Assembly: GCA_038209995.1 (NCBI GenBank)
Contig: JBBQXD010000006.1
Location: 35,042 to 99,041, forward strand
Length of the DNA: 64,000 bases
Direction of reading: 5' to 3'
Source of the DNA: Candidatus Limnocylindria bacterium
Lineage (GTDB): Bacteria > Chloroflexota > Limnocylindria > QHBO01
The notes beneath the pieces are model-generated. The model worked only from the letters and a program-made list of their open reading frames with translations, searched no databases and was not told the DNA's origin. Every line of letters starts with the position of its first letter. Positions within the stretch are counted from its first letter, which is position 1. Shown in pieces: positions 57,172 to 64,000 of this stretch. The position numbers were made by a program, and so were the translations under genes.

Positions 57172-58169
57172 GCGGGACGCTGCTCCTCGTCACCGCGCAG
57201 CCGCCGCACCGCCGGGATCCACGCGAGCCCGCCGATCGCCTGGAGCCCGATCGCGGCAAGCACGAGCAGGAGGCCGGGCAGGCCGAGCGTGGCGGCCGGG
57301 ACAGCCCAGATCTCGATGCCGCCGAGCGGCCCGAACGAGGTGGCGTTCAGGTTCAGCCTCCTCCCGTCGAAGGCAACGGTGGGACCCCCCGGCGATGCCG
57401 CGGGAGCCGGAACGCCGACGCCGGCGGATGGCGAGGCGACCGGGCCACCCGAGGTCGCTGCCGACGGCACGCCCGATGGCCGCGCGGAGCTAGCGGCGGT
57501 GCCGGATCCAGCCGCTGGCGTCGAGGAGGGGGATCGGGTGGAAGCGGACGGGACGCCATCAGCGGGCTCGGAGGCGGATCTGCTCGGGTCGGGCGTCGGA
57601 GGTGTCGACGTCGCCTGTGGCGTCGGCTCCGGAGTCGGAATCGGGGTCGCACGCGGCGTCGGGACCGGGGTCGGCGACGGCGTAGGCAGGATCGGCGGCA
57701 GCACAGTCACCGCGATCGGCGTCCCGGTCTCCTCGACCCCGGAGCAATCCTTCCTTCGATGCGCATGGTTCGGCCACGAGACGGCGCCGGCAACCGTGGG
57801 CTGAGCCTTGAAGGTGAAGGTCACCGAGTCGCCGCTGCCGAGCAGCCCGCCGCCCGTCGTCGTGTGCACCACGACCGCCGTCCCGCTCACGCTGGCGATC
57901 CAATCGTTGCGGCCGGTGGAGGGCGTGGCGGCGCCAGCCGTGATGCTCTGGAAGGTCGACGGCAGGTCGACCTCGAGGCAGCCCAGCTTACTGGCAGGAT
58001 CGAGGCTCGTGGCCGTCATGGTGAAGATGGTCAACTGGCCGGCGGTCACCGTCAGCGGCAGCCCGACGAGCGTCCAGACCATGAGCGCGCCGACAACGCT
58101 TGGGAGCGCGGCCACGAGGGAGGCGGCGAGGGCCAGCACGGTCGCGGTGCGCCGCGCGAAGCGCATCAC
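57168..58169 (-). CDS. Secreted or cell-surface protein: signal peptide, ~110-aa N-terminal domain, Pro/Thr/Ser-rich linker and a C-terminal transmembrane anchor.
   Basis: The N-terminus is MMRFARRTATVLALAASLVAALP. The linker region contains PTPSPTPVPTPRATPIPTPEPTP. The C-terminus is the hydrophobic stretch GLLLVLAAIGLQAIGGLAWI followed by a basic tail. The start overlaps the stop of the upstream GGDEF/HD-GYP gene (58166-58169). Confidence 0.5.
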   Translation of the reverse strand: MMRFARRTATVLALAASLVAALPSVVGALMVWTLVGLPLTVTAGQLTIFTMTATSLDPASKLGCLEVDLPSTFQSITAGAATPSTGRNDWIASVSGTAVVVHTTTGGGLLGSGDSVTFTFKAQPTVAGAVSWPNHAHRRKDCSGVEETGTPIAVTVLPPILPTPSPTPVPTPRATPIPTPEPTPQATSTPPTPDPSRSASEPADGVPSASTRSPSSTPAAGSGTAASSARPSGVPSAATSGGPVASPSAGVGVPAPAASPGGPTVAFDGRRLNLNATSFGPLGGIEIWAVPAATLGLPGLLLVLAAIGLQAIGGLAWIPAVRRLRGDEEQRPA

Positions 58170-60016
58170 GCCACCCAGAGCTCCGGTTGCCAGATCGACG
58201 TCGGCTCCTCGCCGGGGAGGGGAGCGTCGGCTTCGGTCTCGATGCCGGTGATGAAGGCCACGACGAGCTCCTCCTGGAGCTGGGAGCCGGCCGCGTCGCC
58301 CAGCCGCTTGAGTGCCTCGGCGGTCGACAGCGCCTTGCGGTAGGGACGCGTCGTCGTCATAGCGCTGAAGGCGTCGGCCACCGCGAGGACGCGGCCGATC
58401 ATAGGGATGGCGTCTCCGTCGAGCCCCTCGAGATAGCCGTTGCCATCCCAGCGCTCGTGGTGGTTGCGGATGCCGGCCCGCACGAGGTCGACGTTGGGCA
58501 CGTCGCGCACGATGGCGTCGCCCAGCGCAACGTGCTGCTGGAACATGCCGTACTCGTCCGCGGTGAGCTTCGAGGGCTTGCGCAGGATGACGTCGGGGAT
58601 GCCGATCTTGCCGATGTCGTGGAGCAGACCGGCGAGGTGGATCGTCCGCAGCGTCTCCTCGTCGAGTCCCATACGCCGGGCCAGGAAGACCGCGTAGCGC
58701 GCCACATCCTCGGAGTGCCGCTTCGTGTAGTGATCCTTCGTGTCGACCGCGATGACGAGGCCCTGGAGGACATCGAAGCGGCTTACCACCACGCGATCCT
58801 CCTCGCCGACCTCCGCCACCCGGACGAGGTCCCCGCCGCCAGCCTTCGCCTCTTCCACCGCGACCGCGGCGGCGGTGAGGAGCTCGGTCACCGACGCGGC
58901 ATGCTCGGGATAAGCGCAGATCCCTGCGCTGACACTCACCGGCAGGCGCTCCGACTCGCCGAACTGGACGCTGATGTCGGCAAGGCCCGACCGCAGCCGC
59001 TCGATGATGACCTCCATCTCGGAGACGCCGGCGCCGGGACGCACGATCAGGAACTCATCGGGCCCGTAGCGCGCCACGCGTCCGCCATCCTGCCCTGCGG
59101 CGCGGACCTGGTCCGCCACGCGCAGCAGGACGTGGTCCGCTGCGTCGTGACCGTGGGTCGCGTTGAACAAGCGGAAGTTGTCGATGTCGACCAGCGCGAC
59201 GCCGATCGTGGTGCCAGCCGCTCGGGCCGTTTCGACCTCCTCGGCGAGGAGCCCGACCACGGCACCGTGGTTGAGCATCTCGGTCAGCGCGTCACGGCGG
59301 GTCGACTCGACGAGCTGGCGCTGCTGACGGGTCAGGCGTGCCTGGGCAGAGCGGAAGACCACGAACAGGAGCGCGGCAAGGACGAGCGCGGCTGCCAGGA
59401 CGACGATCATGACGTCACGCCGCGTGGCGTCGAGGGTCGCGAGGAGCGGGGCCGCATCCCGCCAGATCGCCACCACCGCCAGCGCTCCGCCGTCGGACCC
59501 GAGAATCGGCAGGTACTCCTCCATCGCCTGGTTCGAGATCGCGATGCCGACGGCCGATGCATCGTCCGCGAGGGCAACCGACGGCTCCCCTGCCGCAGCC
59601 GCCTCGAGGGCCGTCGAGACCGGCGGTCGCTCACCCCGGCGGGTCGGCAGATCGCTGACCAGCACCACCCCATCGAGGCCTCGCACCTCGATGCGCAGGA
59701 TGTCGTCGCCCGTCGCCAATGCAGCCAGCTGCGCACCGAGCTCGGTGGCGCGCGCGTCCGTCGGACCGTCCGCGTCGATGTCCTCGGCCCGCAGGTTCGA
59801 GTTGAGGAACAGCTCGATCAGGGACGCGTCACGGCCCACCACGGCATTCAACGTGGCGGCGGAGAGGTTGGCGGAGGTGACGACGACCAGGGCTGACGCG
59901 GTGACCCCCACGAGGAGGAGGAAGGCGCCGTACACCAGCCCGAGCAGCCGGGGGCTGCTCGTGGCGCGGCCGCGAGGCTTCAGCCACCGCGGCGTGATCG
60001 GCCGGCGCTTGGACAT
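58166..60016 (-). CDS. Membrane sensor protein with GGDEF (diguanylate cyclase) and HD-GYP (c-di-GMP phosphodiesterase) domains.
   Basis: The ATG at 60016 (MSKRRPITPRW) is the chosen start. Two transmembrane helices flank a ~170-aa periplasmic region. The GGDEF motif is degenerate (RYGPDEF). The HD-GYP domain shows HDIGKIGIPD...HHERWDGNGY. Confidence 0.8.
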   Translation of the reverse strand: MSKRRPITPRWLKPRGRATSSPRLLGLVYGAFLLLVGVTASALVVVTSANLSAATLNAVVGRDASLIELFLNSNLRAEDIDADGPTDARATELGAQLAALATGDDILRIEVRGLDGVVLVSDLPTRRGERPPVSTALEAAAAGEPSVALADDASAVGIAISNQAMEEYLPILGSDGGALAVVAIWRDAAPLLATLDATRRDVMIVVLAAALVLAALLFVVFRSAQARLTRQQRQLVESTRRDALTEMLNHGAVVGLLAEEVETARAAGTTIGVALVDIDNFRLFNATHGHDAADHVLLRVADQVRAAGQDGGRVARYGPDEFLIVRPGAGVSEMEVIIERLRSGLADISVQFGESERLPVSVSAGICAYPEHAASVTELLTAAAVAVEEAKAGGGDLVRVAEVGEEDRVVVSRFDVLQGLVIAVDTKDHYTKRHSEDVARYAVFLARRMGLDEETLRTIHLAGLLHDIGKIGIPDVILRKPSKLTADEYGMFQQHVALGDAIVRDVPNVDLVRAGIRNHHERWDGNGYLEGLDGDAIPMIGRVLAVADAFSAMTTTRPYRKALSTAEALKRLGDAAGSQLQEELVVAFITGIETEADAPLPGEEPTSIWQPELWVA

Positions 60017-60160
60017 GTCGCCGCGACGGTAGGCATCGGGAGGCCGTACCGTCGATAGGACGTTCGCGTCGATGGTCCTACGTCCACGCGCGTGGCCCCT
60101 CGACCGGTCCCCCACCCCGACGACGCGTCCCGGGCCCGGCCCGTACACAGGTCCTGGCCG

Positions 60161-60898
60161 TTACATCCGGGCCGGCCGACGCTCGCAATAGGCCGCCATC
60201 AGCTCCTCGGCGGCATCGGGCAGGTATCGGACGACCTCGCGCATCGTGACCCCCGAGGCGCGGCCGGTCCGAGGCGCAATGAAGGCGAGCACCTCGTCAG
60301 GACGCCGCTTCGATACCTCGCGCAGCACCCAGCCGATCGCCTTGCGGATGAAGAACTCGCGCTCGTCGAGCATCGCGTCCGCGTGCCGCGCGAAGCGCGC
60401 GAACGCAGCCCCGTGCCGCAGCGGCTCGATCTCGGCGAGCAGGGCCGTGCGCCGAATCCAGAAATCGGGGTCCTGCGCCCACCGCTCGAGCCACCCGTCG
60501 GCCACGTCCGGCTGTCGAACGAGCAACGGACCGATGACGTTGGTCGCGAGCGCGTCGCTCAGCGCCCAGGTGCCTGAGGCGCGAATCATGCGCTCCACGA
60601 GGCCGAGATCCTCGGCGTGCAGCCGAGGCACGTGACGCTCCAGGAGCGCGACCGCGGCCATGCGGCACTCGTGGACCGGCGCGCGCCAGAGCTGGTCGAC
60701 GAGCGCCAGCACCCCGTCGCGGTCCAGCCCGAGCGACCGGTCGAACGCGGTCACGATCCGCCGAATCTCCCAGACCGTCACCCCGAGGAAGGCGAGATCG
60801 CTCTTGAGGTAACGCTGCTCCGCGGCCGCGCGCTCGGGGGTCCCGACCGCCGCCAGCTGCTCGGTGATTTCGTCGGCCAGCTCCACGACGTCCCGCAC
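60161..60898 (-). CDS. DNA alkylation repair protein (AlkD/AlkC-like HEAT-repeat family).
   Basis: The 245-aa all-helical protein resembles the DNA_alkylation family (e.g. WALSDALATNVIGPLL, FFIRKAIGWVLRE). Confidence 0.65.
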   Translation of the reverse strand: MRDVVELADEITEQLAAVGTPERAAAEQRYLKSDLAFLGVTVWEIRRIVTAFDRSLGLDRDGVLALVDQLWRAPVHECRMAAVALLERHVPRLHAEDLGLVERMIRASGTWALSDALATNVIGPLLVRQPDVADGWLERWAQDPDFWIRRTALLAEIEPLRHGAAFARFARHADAMLDEREFFIRKAIGWVLREVSKRRPDEVLAFIAPRTGRASGVTMREVVRYLPDAAEELMAAYCERRPARM

Positions 60899-60922
60899 GG
60901 GCGCAGTCTAGACTTGCCGATC

Positions 60923-61975
60923 ATGAGCACCGTGTCTCGCCCCGACTTCGCCGGGCTCGGCGAGCTGGCGGTCGTCAGCAACCCGGTCGGCGGGCACGCC
61001 TCGCCGTCCGAGGTCATGTACCCGGGCGGCGCCGAGGTCGATGGCGGCCTCCTCGCTCCGGGCGACCCGCTGCCCGAGAACGCCGGGCCGGGCGGCCGGC
61101 GGCCGGAGTGGCTCAAGGTGCGCATTGGGGCCGGCAGCACGTACGCCGGCACGAAGCGCGTCATCCGCGCCGAGGGCCTGAACACGGTCTGCGAGGAGGC
61201 CCGCTGCCCCAACGTCGGGGAGTGCTGGGCCCTCGGGACGGCGACCTTCATGATCCTCGGCAGCGTCTGCACCCGGAACTGCGGCTTCTGCGCCATCGAC
61301 ACCGGTCGCCCACCGATCACCGACCTCGACGAACCGCGCCGAGTCGCCGAGGCGACGAAGCAGATGCACCTCCAGCACGTCGTGGTCACCATGGTCGCGC
61401 GCGACGACCTGCCCGATGGCGGGGCCGGGGTGGTGGCCGAGACGATCCGCAAGATCCGGCTCGAGAACCCCGGCACGAGCATCGAGGTCCTCATCAGCGA
61501 CCTCAACGGTCGCGCGACCGACATCCGCACCGTCGTCGAGGCGCAGCCGGACATCCTCAACCACAACATCGAGACGGTCCCCCGCCTCCAGAAGCAGGTC
61601 CGACGGCGCGCGCGCTGGGATCGGTCGGTGAGCGTCCTCACCCACGGCCGCACGGTCGCCACCGAGATCGGCTTCGACGGCATGGTTACAAAGACTGGGA
61701 TGATGCTCGGGCTTGGCGAGACGTGGGACGAGATCATCGAGGCGATGCACCTGCTGCGCGAGGCGGAGGTCGACGTGCTCACCATCGGGCAGTACCTGCG
61801 CCCCAGCCGGAAGCACCTGCCGCTCATGAAGTACTACACGCCGGCCGAGTTCATGAGCCTCCGGCGCACCGGTCTCGAGATGGGGTTTGCGCACGTGCAG
61901 GCCGGCCCGCTGGTCCGCTCCAGCTACCACGCGGCCGAGCAGGTCCCCGGCCACGAGGCCGCGGCAGCCGTCTAG
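60923..61975 (+). CDS. lipA: Lipoyl synthase.
   Basis: The radical-SAM motif is CTRNCGFC and the auxiliary cluster cysteines are C..C.NVGEC. The ATG at 60923 is the chosen start. Confidence 0.9.
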   Translation: MSTVSRPDFAGLGELAVVSNPVGGHASPSEVMYPGGAEVDGGLLAPGDPLPENAGPGGRRPEWLKVRIGAGSTYAGTKRVIRAEGLNTVCEEARCPNVGECWALGTATFMILGSVCTRNCGFCAIDTGRPPITDLDEPRRVAEATKQMHLQHVVVTMVARDDLPDGGAGVVAETIRKIRLENPGTSIEVLISDLNGRATDIRTVVEAQPDILNHNIETVPRLQKQVRRRARWDRSVSVLTHGRTVATEIGFDGMVTKTGMMLGLGETWDEIIEAMHLLREAEVDVLTIGQYLRPSRKHLPLMKYYTPAEFMSLRRTGLEMGFAHVQAGPLVRSSYHAAEQVPGHEAAAAV

Positions 61976-62099
61976 GCCGATGTCGACCGCCTCCCGCCTG
62001 CGCGACATCTCCGCGCACCCTTCCGCCACAGCCAGCCCGCACCCCCTGCGACGGCCGGACCGAAACGCGCCCTACCGCCCAGCGAGCGACGACCACCCG

Positions 62100-62804
62100 G
62101 TGCTCGCCGCACACGGCGGCCTCCTCACCCTCGACCGGCTCGGGACCGTGGCCTACGAGCCCACGTGGGAGCTCCAGGAGGAGCTTGCCACCCAGCGCCG
62201 CGAGCGCCGCATCGGCGACCGGCTCCTCCTCCTCGAGCACTTCCCGGTCTTCACGCTCGGCCGCGGCGGCGACGAGGCGAACCTCCTCGCCCCGCCCGAG
62301 CGGCTGCGCGAGATGGGGGCTGATCTCGTGCGGATCGACCGCGGCGGCGACATCACGTTCCACGGTCCGGGCCAGATCGTCGCCTACCCGATCGTCGAGC
62401 TCCGCGACCCGCTCGACCTGCGACGCTACGTCCGCGCCCTCGAGGAAGCGGTGATCGCCACCGCGGCGACGTTCGGCGTCAGCGCCGGTCTCCTTCCCGA
62501 GCATATCGGCGTATGGGTGGACGGCGACCGGAAGCTTGCCGCGTTAGGGGTGCGCGTGAAGCGCGGCGTCACCACCCATGGGCTGGCGCTCAACGTGAGC
62601 ACCGACCTGCGCTGGTTCGATGAGATGATCCCGTGCGGCATCCCGGACAAGACGGTCACCTCGCTTGCCGCCGAGCTCGGCCACGCGGTCGAGATGGAGA
62701 CCGTCGAGGACGAGTTGGCACGCCAGCTGGCCGCGCACCTCGGCAGCCGGCTCGTGCAGGGGACGCCGGGAACCGTCGGCCCGGCCGGCGGCCGCGAGCA
62801 ATGA
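62100..62804 (+). CDS. lipB: Octanoyltransferase (lipoate-protein ligase B).
   Basis: The motifs RGGDITFHGPGQ and ALGVRVKRGVTTHGLALNV are present, with the catalytic Lys (KLAALGV) and Cys (IPCGI). I chose the GTG at 62100 as the start. An alternative ATG at 61980 would add a 40-aa low-complexity N-terminus. Confidence 0.75.
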   Translation: MLAAHGGLLTLDRLGTVAYEPTWELQEELATQRRERRIGDRLLLLEHFPVFTLGRGGDEANLLAPPERLREMGADLVRIDRGGDITFHGPGQIVAYPIVELRDPLDLRRYVRALEEAVIATAATFGVSAGLLPEHIGVWVDGDRKLAALGVRVKRGVTTHGLALNVSTDLRWFDEMIPCGIPDKTVTSLAAELGHAVEMETVEDELARQLAAHLGSRLVQGTPGTVGPAGGREQ

Positions 62805-63508
62805 CGCCGCGCGAGGAGACCATCGTGGAACGGGCCGGGGCGCCGGCAGCCGACACGCAGCATGCCGTGCGGATCGAGACCGGCAGCTTCGGGCCGTGGG
62901 AGACGAATGCGTATCTCGTCTGGGACGGCCGCTCACCGGACGCGCTCGTGCTGGACCCGGGGATGGGCGCGGCGAAGCCGCTGGCGGCGCGAGTGGCGGA
63001 GGCGGGCTTGCGCCTGCACCTGATCGCCGACTCGCACGGCCACATCGACCACGTCTTCGACAACGCGGAGCTCCACGAGGCGACGGGCGCCCCGATCGCC
63101 ATCCACCCCGACGACGCGTACCGCCTCGTCGGCCACAACTCGTACGGCTTCGAGGTGCGCGAATCGACCGCCGAGCGCGACCTGCGCGAGGGCGACGAGG
63201 TCCGGGTCGGCGAGCTCGCCTTCACCGTGCTCCACACCCCGGGGCACACTGAAGGCTCGGTCTGCCTCTACGAGGCGCGCCGCGCCATCCTCCTGTCCGG
63301 CGACACGCTCTTCGAGTCGAGCTGGGGACGGACCGATCTTCCCGGCGGCGACAAGGCGCAGATGATCGCCTCACTCGCTCGCCTCGCCGCCGAGATCCCC
63401 GCCGCGGTGCGCATCCTCCCCGGCCACGGCCCCGAGACGACGATGGCGCGGGAACTGCCGTGGCTGCGCCGTGTGGCAGAGACCGGGCGCCTCGTCGCGC
63501 CCGGTTGA
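62801..63508 (+). CDS. MBL-fold metallo-hydrolase (glyoxalase II-like).
   Basis: The metal-binding motif is HxHxDH (ADSHGHIDHV), followed by a downstream His. The start overlaps the lipB stop in an ATGA arrangement. Confidence 0.75.
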   Translation: MTPREETIVERAGAPAADTQHAVRIETGSFGPWETNAYLVWDGRSPDALVLDPGMGAAKPLAARVAEAGLRLHLIADSHGHIDHVFDNAELHEATGAPIAIHPDDAYRLVGHNSYGFEVRESTAERDLREGDEVRVGELAFTVLHTPGHTEGSVCLYEARRAILLSGDTLFESSWGRTDLPGGDKAQMIASLARLAAEIPAAVRILPGHGPETTMARELPWLRRVAETGRLVAPG

Positions 63509-63574
63509 GGATCGTTCGGCATCGGCCCTGCTGCGGGTACGATCTGGTCGCGACCGCAGTTGAGGAGCTCATCC

Positions 63575-64000
63575 GTGGCGAACCTGCAGATCACCTGGCT
63601 CGGGCACGGTGGCGTGCTCTATCGGTCACCGGAGGGCATCCACCTCTGGGTGGACCGATGGACCGGCGGCCCGACCTACCCGGCGGCCTTCGCAACGCCC
63701 GAGCGGGCTGACATCGTCGCTCCGACGCACGGCCACTTCGACCACGTGGGCGAGGACTGCCGCGAGATCGCGCTGCTCGCCGATGCGCACGACGGCACGA
63801 CCGTCGTCTGCTCCCACGAGATGAGCGTGTTCCTGGCCGGGCTCGGGATCGAGGCGGTCGGCATGAACAAGGGCGGCACCTTCGAGGTGGCCGGGATCGG
63901 CCTGACGATGGTCCACGCCGAGCACTCCGGTGGCGCGACCATGACCGGTGGCGAGACGCAGCTCACGCGCGACCTCGGCTGCTGGGGCTGGGTGCTCACC
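63575..64000 (+). CDS. MBL-fold metal-dependent hydrolase (UlaG-like), truncated at its 3' end by the window edge.
   Basis: The GTG start is preceded by a GAGGAG Shine-Dalgarno sequence. The N-terminus is LQITWLGHGGVLYRSPEG and the metal site is THGHFDHV. The ORF is open to the end of the window. Confidence 0.6.
   Translation, partial: MANLQITWLGHGGVLYRSPEGIHLWVDRWTGGPTYPAAFATPERADIVAPTHGHFDHVGEDCREIALLADAHDGTTVVCSHEMSVFLAGLGIEAVGMNKGGTFEVAGIGLTMVHAEHSGGATMTGGETQLTRDLGCWGWVLT

Overview
This 64 kb window is a densely coding, very high-GC (about 70%) chromosomal segment of actinobacterial type. Many of the listed six-frame ORFs are antisense or out-of-frame shadows caused by the GC skew. I accepted about 60 genes, based on recognisable family motifs, start/stop overlaps and Shine-Dalgarno sites.

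The main blocks, in order:
- 1..9.2 kb, minus strand: a conserved housekeeping cluster comprising a partial 2-hydroxyacid dehydrogenase, a DUF2342 zinc metalloprotease, murI, a receiver-like/MinD-CpaE-like ATPase, a SAM methyltransferase, a small membrane protein, a 1019-aa UvrD-type helicase fused to a RecB-type Fe-S nuclease, and a DUF4446 protein.
- 9.7..13 kb: rarA divergent from a class V aminotransferase, with the two start codons overlapping, followed by a histidine phosphatase.
- 13..17.5 kb: a MoxR / DUF58 / transglutaminase operon.
- 17.5..21.7 kb: a cell-wall and division block, pbpA-rodA-fhaB-fhaA, with no pstP or pknAB.
- 21.8..26 kb: a divergent double-zinc-ribbon protein carrying 51-bp tandem coding repeats, an FmdB zinc ribbon, a second receiver-like/MinD-like ATPase, and another protein with the same C-terminal zinc ribbon.
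- 26..31.4 kb: valS with a putative T-box leader, a coiled-coil protein, and an MscS channel.
- 31.4..38.1 kb: a DinB-like protein, clpX, ogt, clpP, tig, tRNA-Leu, a holin-like/DUF3618 pair, a DUF3105 protein, and tRNA-Lys with a terminator.
- 38.2..44.4 kb: an XRE regulator, two M16 peptidases, and a sensor kinase co-transcribed with a J-domain protein.
- 44.4..51 kb: a cyanophycin locus made of cphB, a full-length cphA, a convergent CphA paralog that has only the N and M domains (no ATP-grasp domain), and an M20 peptidase.
- 51..56.6 kb: a thioesterase and lpd plus 2-oxoacid dehydrogenase E1alpha/E1beta/E2.
- 56.6..64 kb: a degraded kynureninase relic, a secreted Thr/Pro-rich protein with a GGDEF/HD-GYP protein, an AlkD-like protein, lipA, lipB and two MBL-fold hydrolases.

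The items I rate most worth a second look are the ATP-grasp-less CphA paralog beside a full cphA and an M20 peptidase; the zinc-ribbon / FHA / MinD-like neighbourhood with repeats that look like phospho-threonine docking sites; and the J-domain protein co-transcribed with a histidine kinase. No mobile elements or CRISPR arrays were found.
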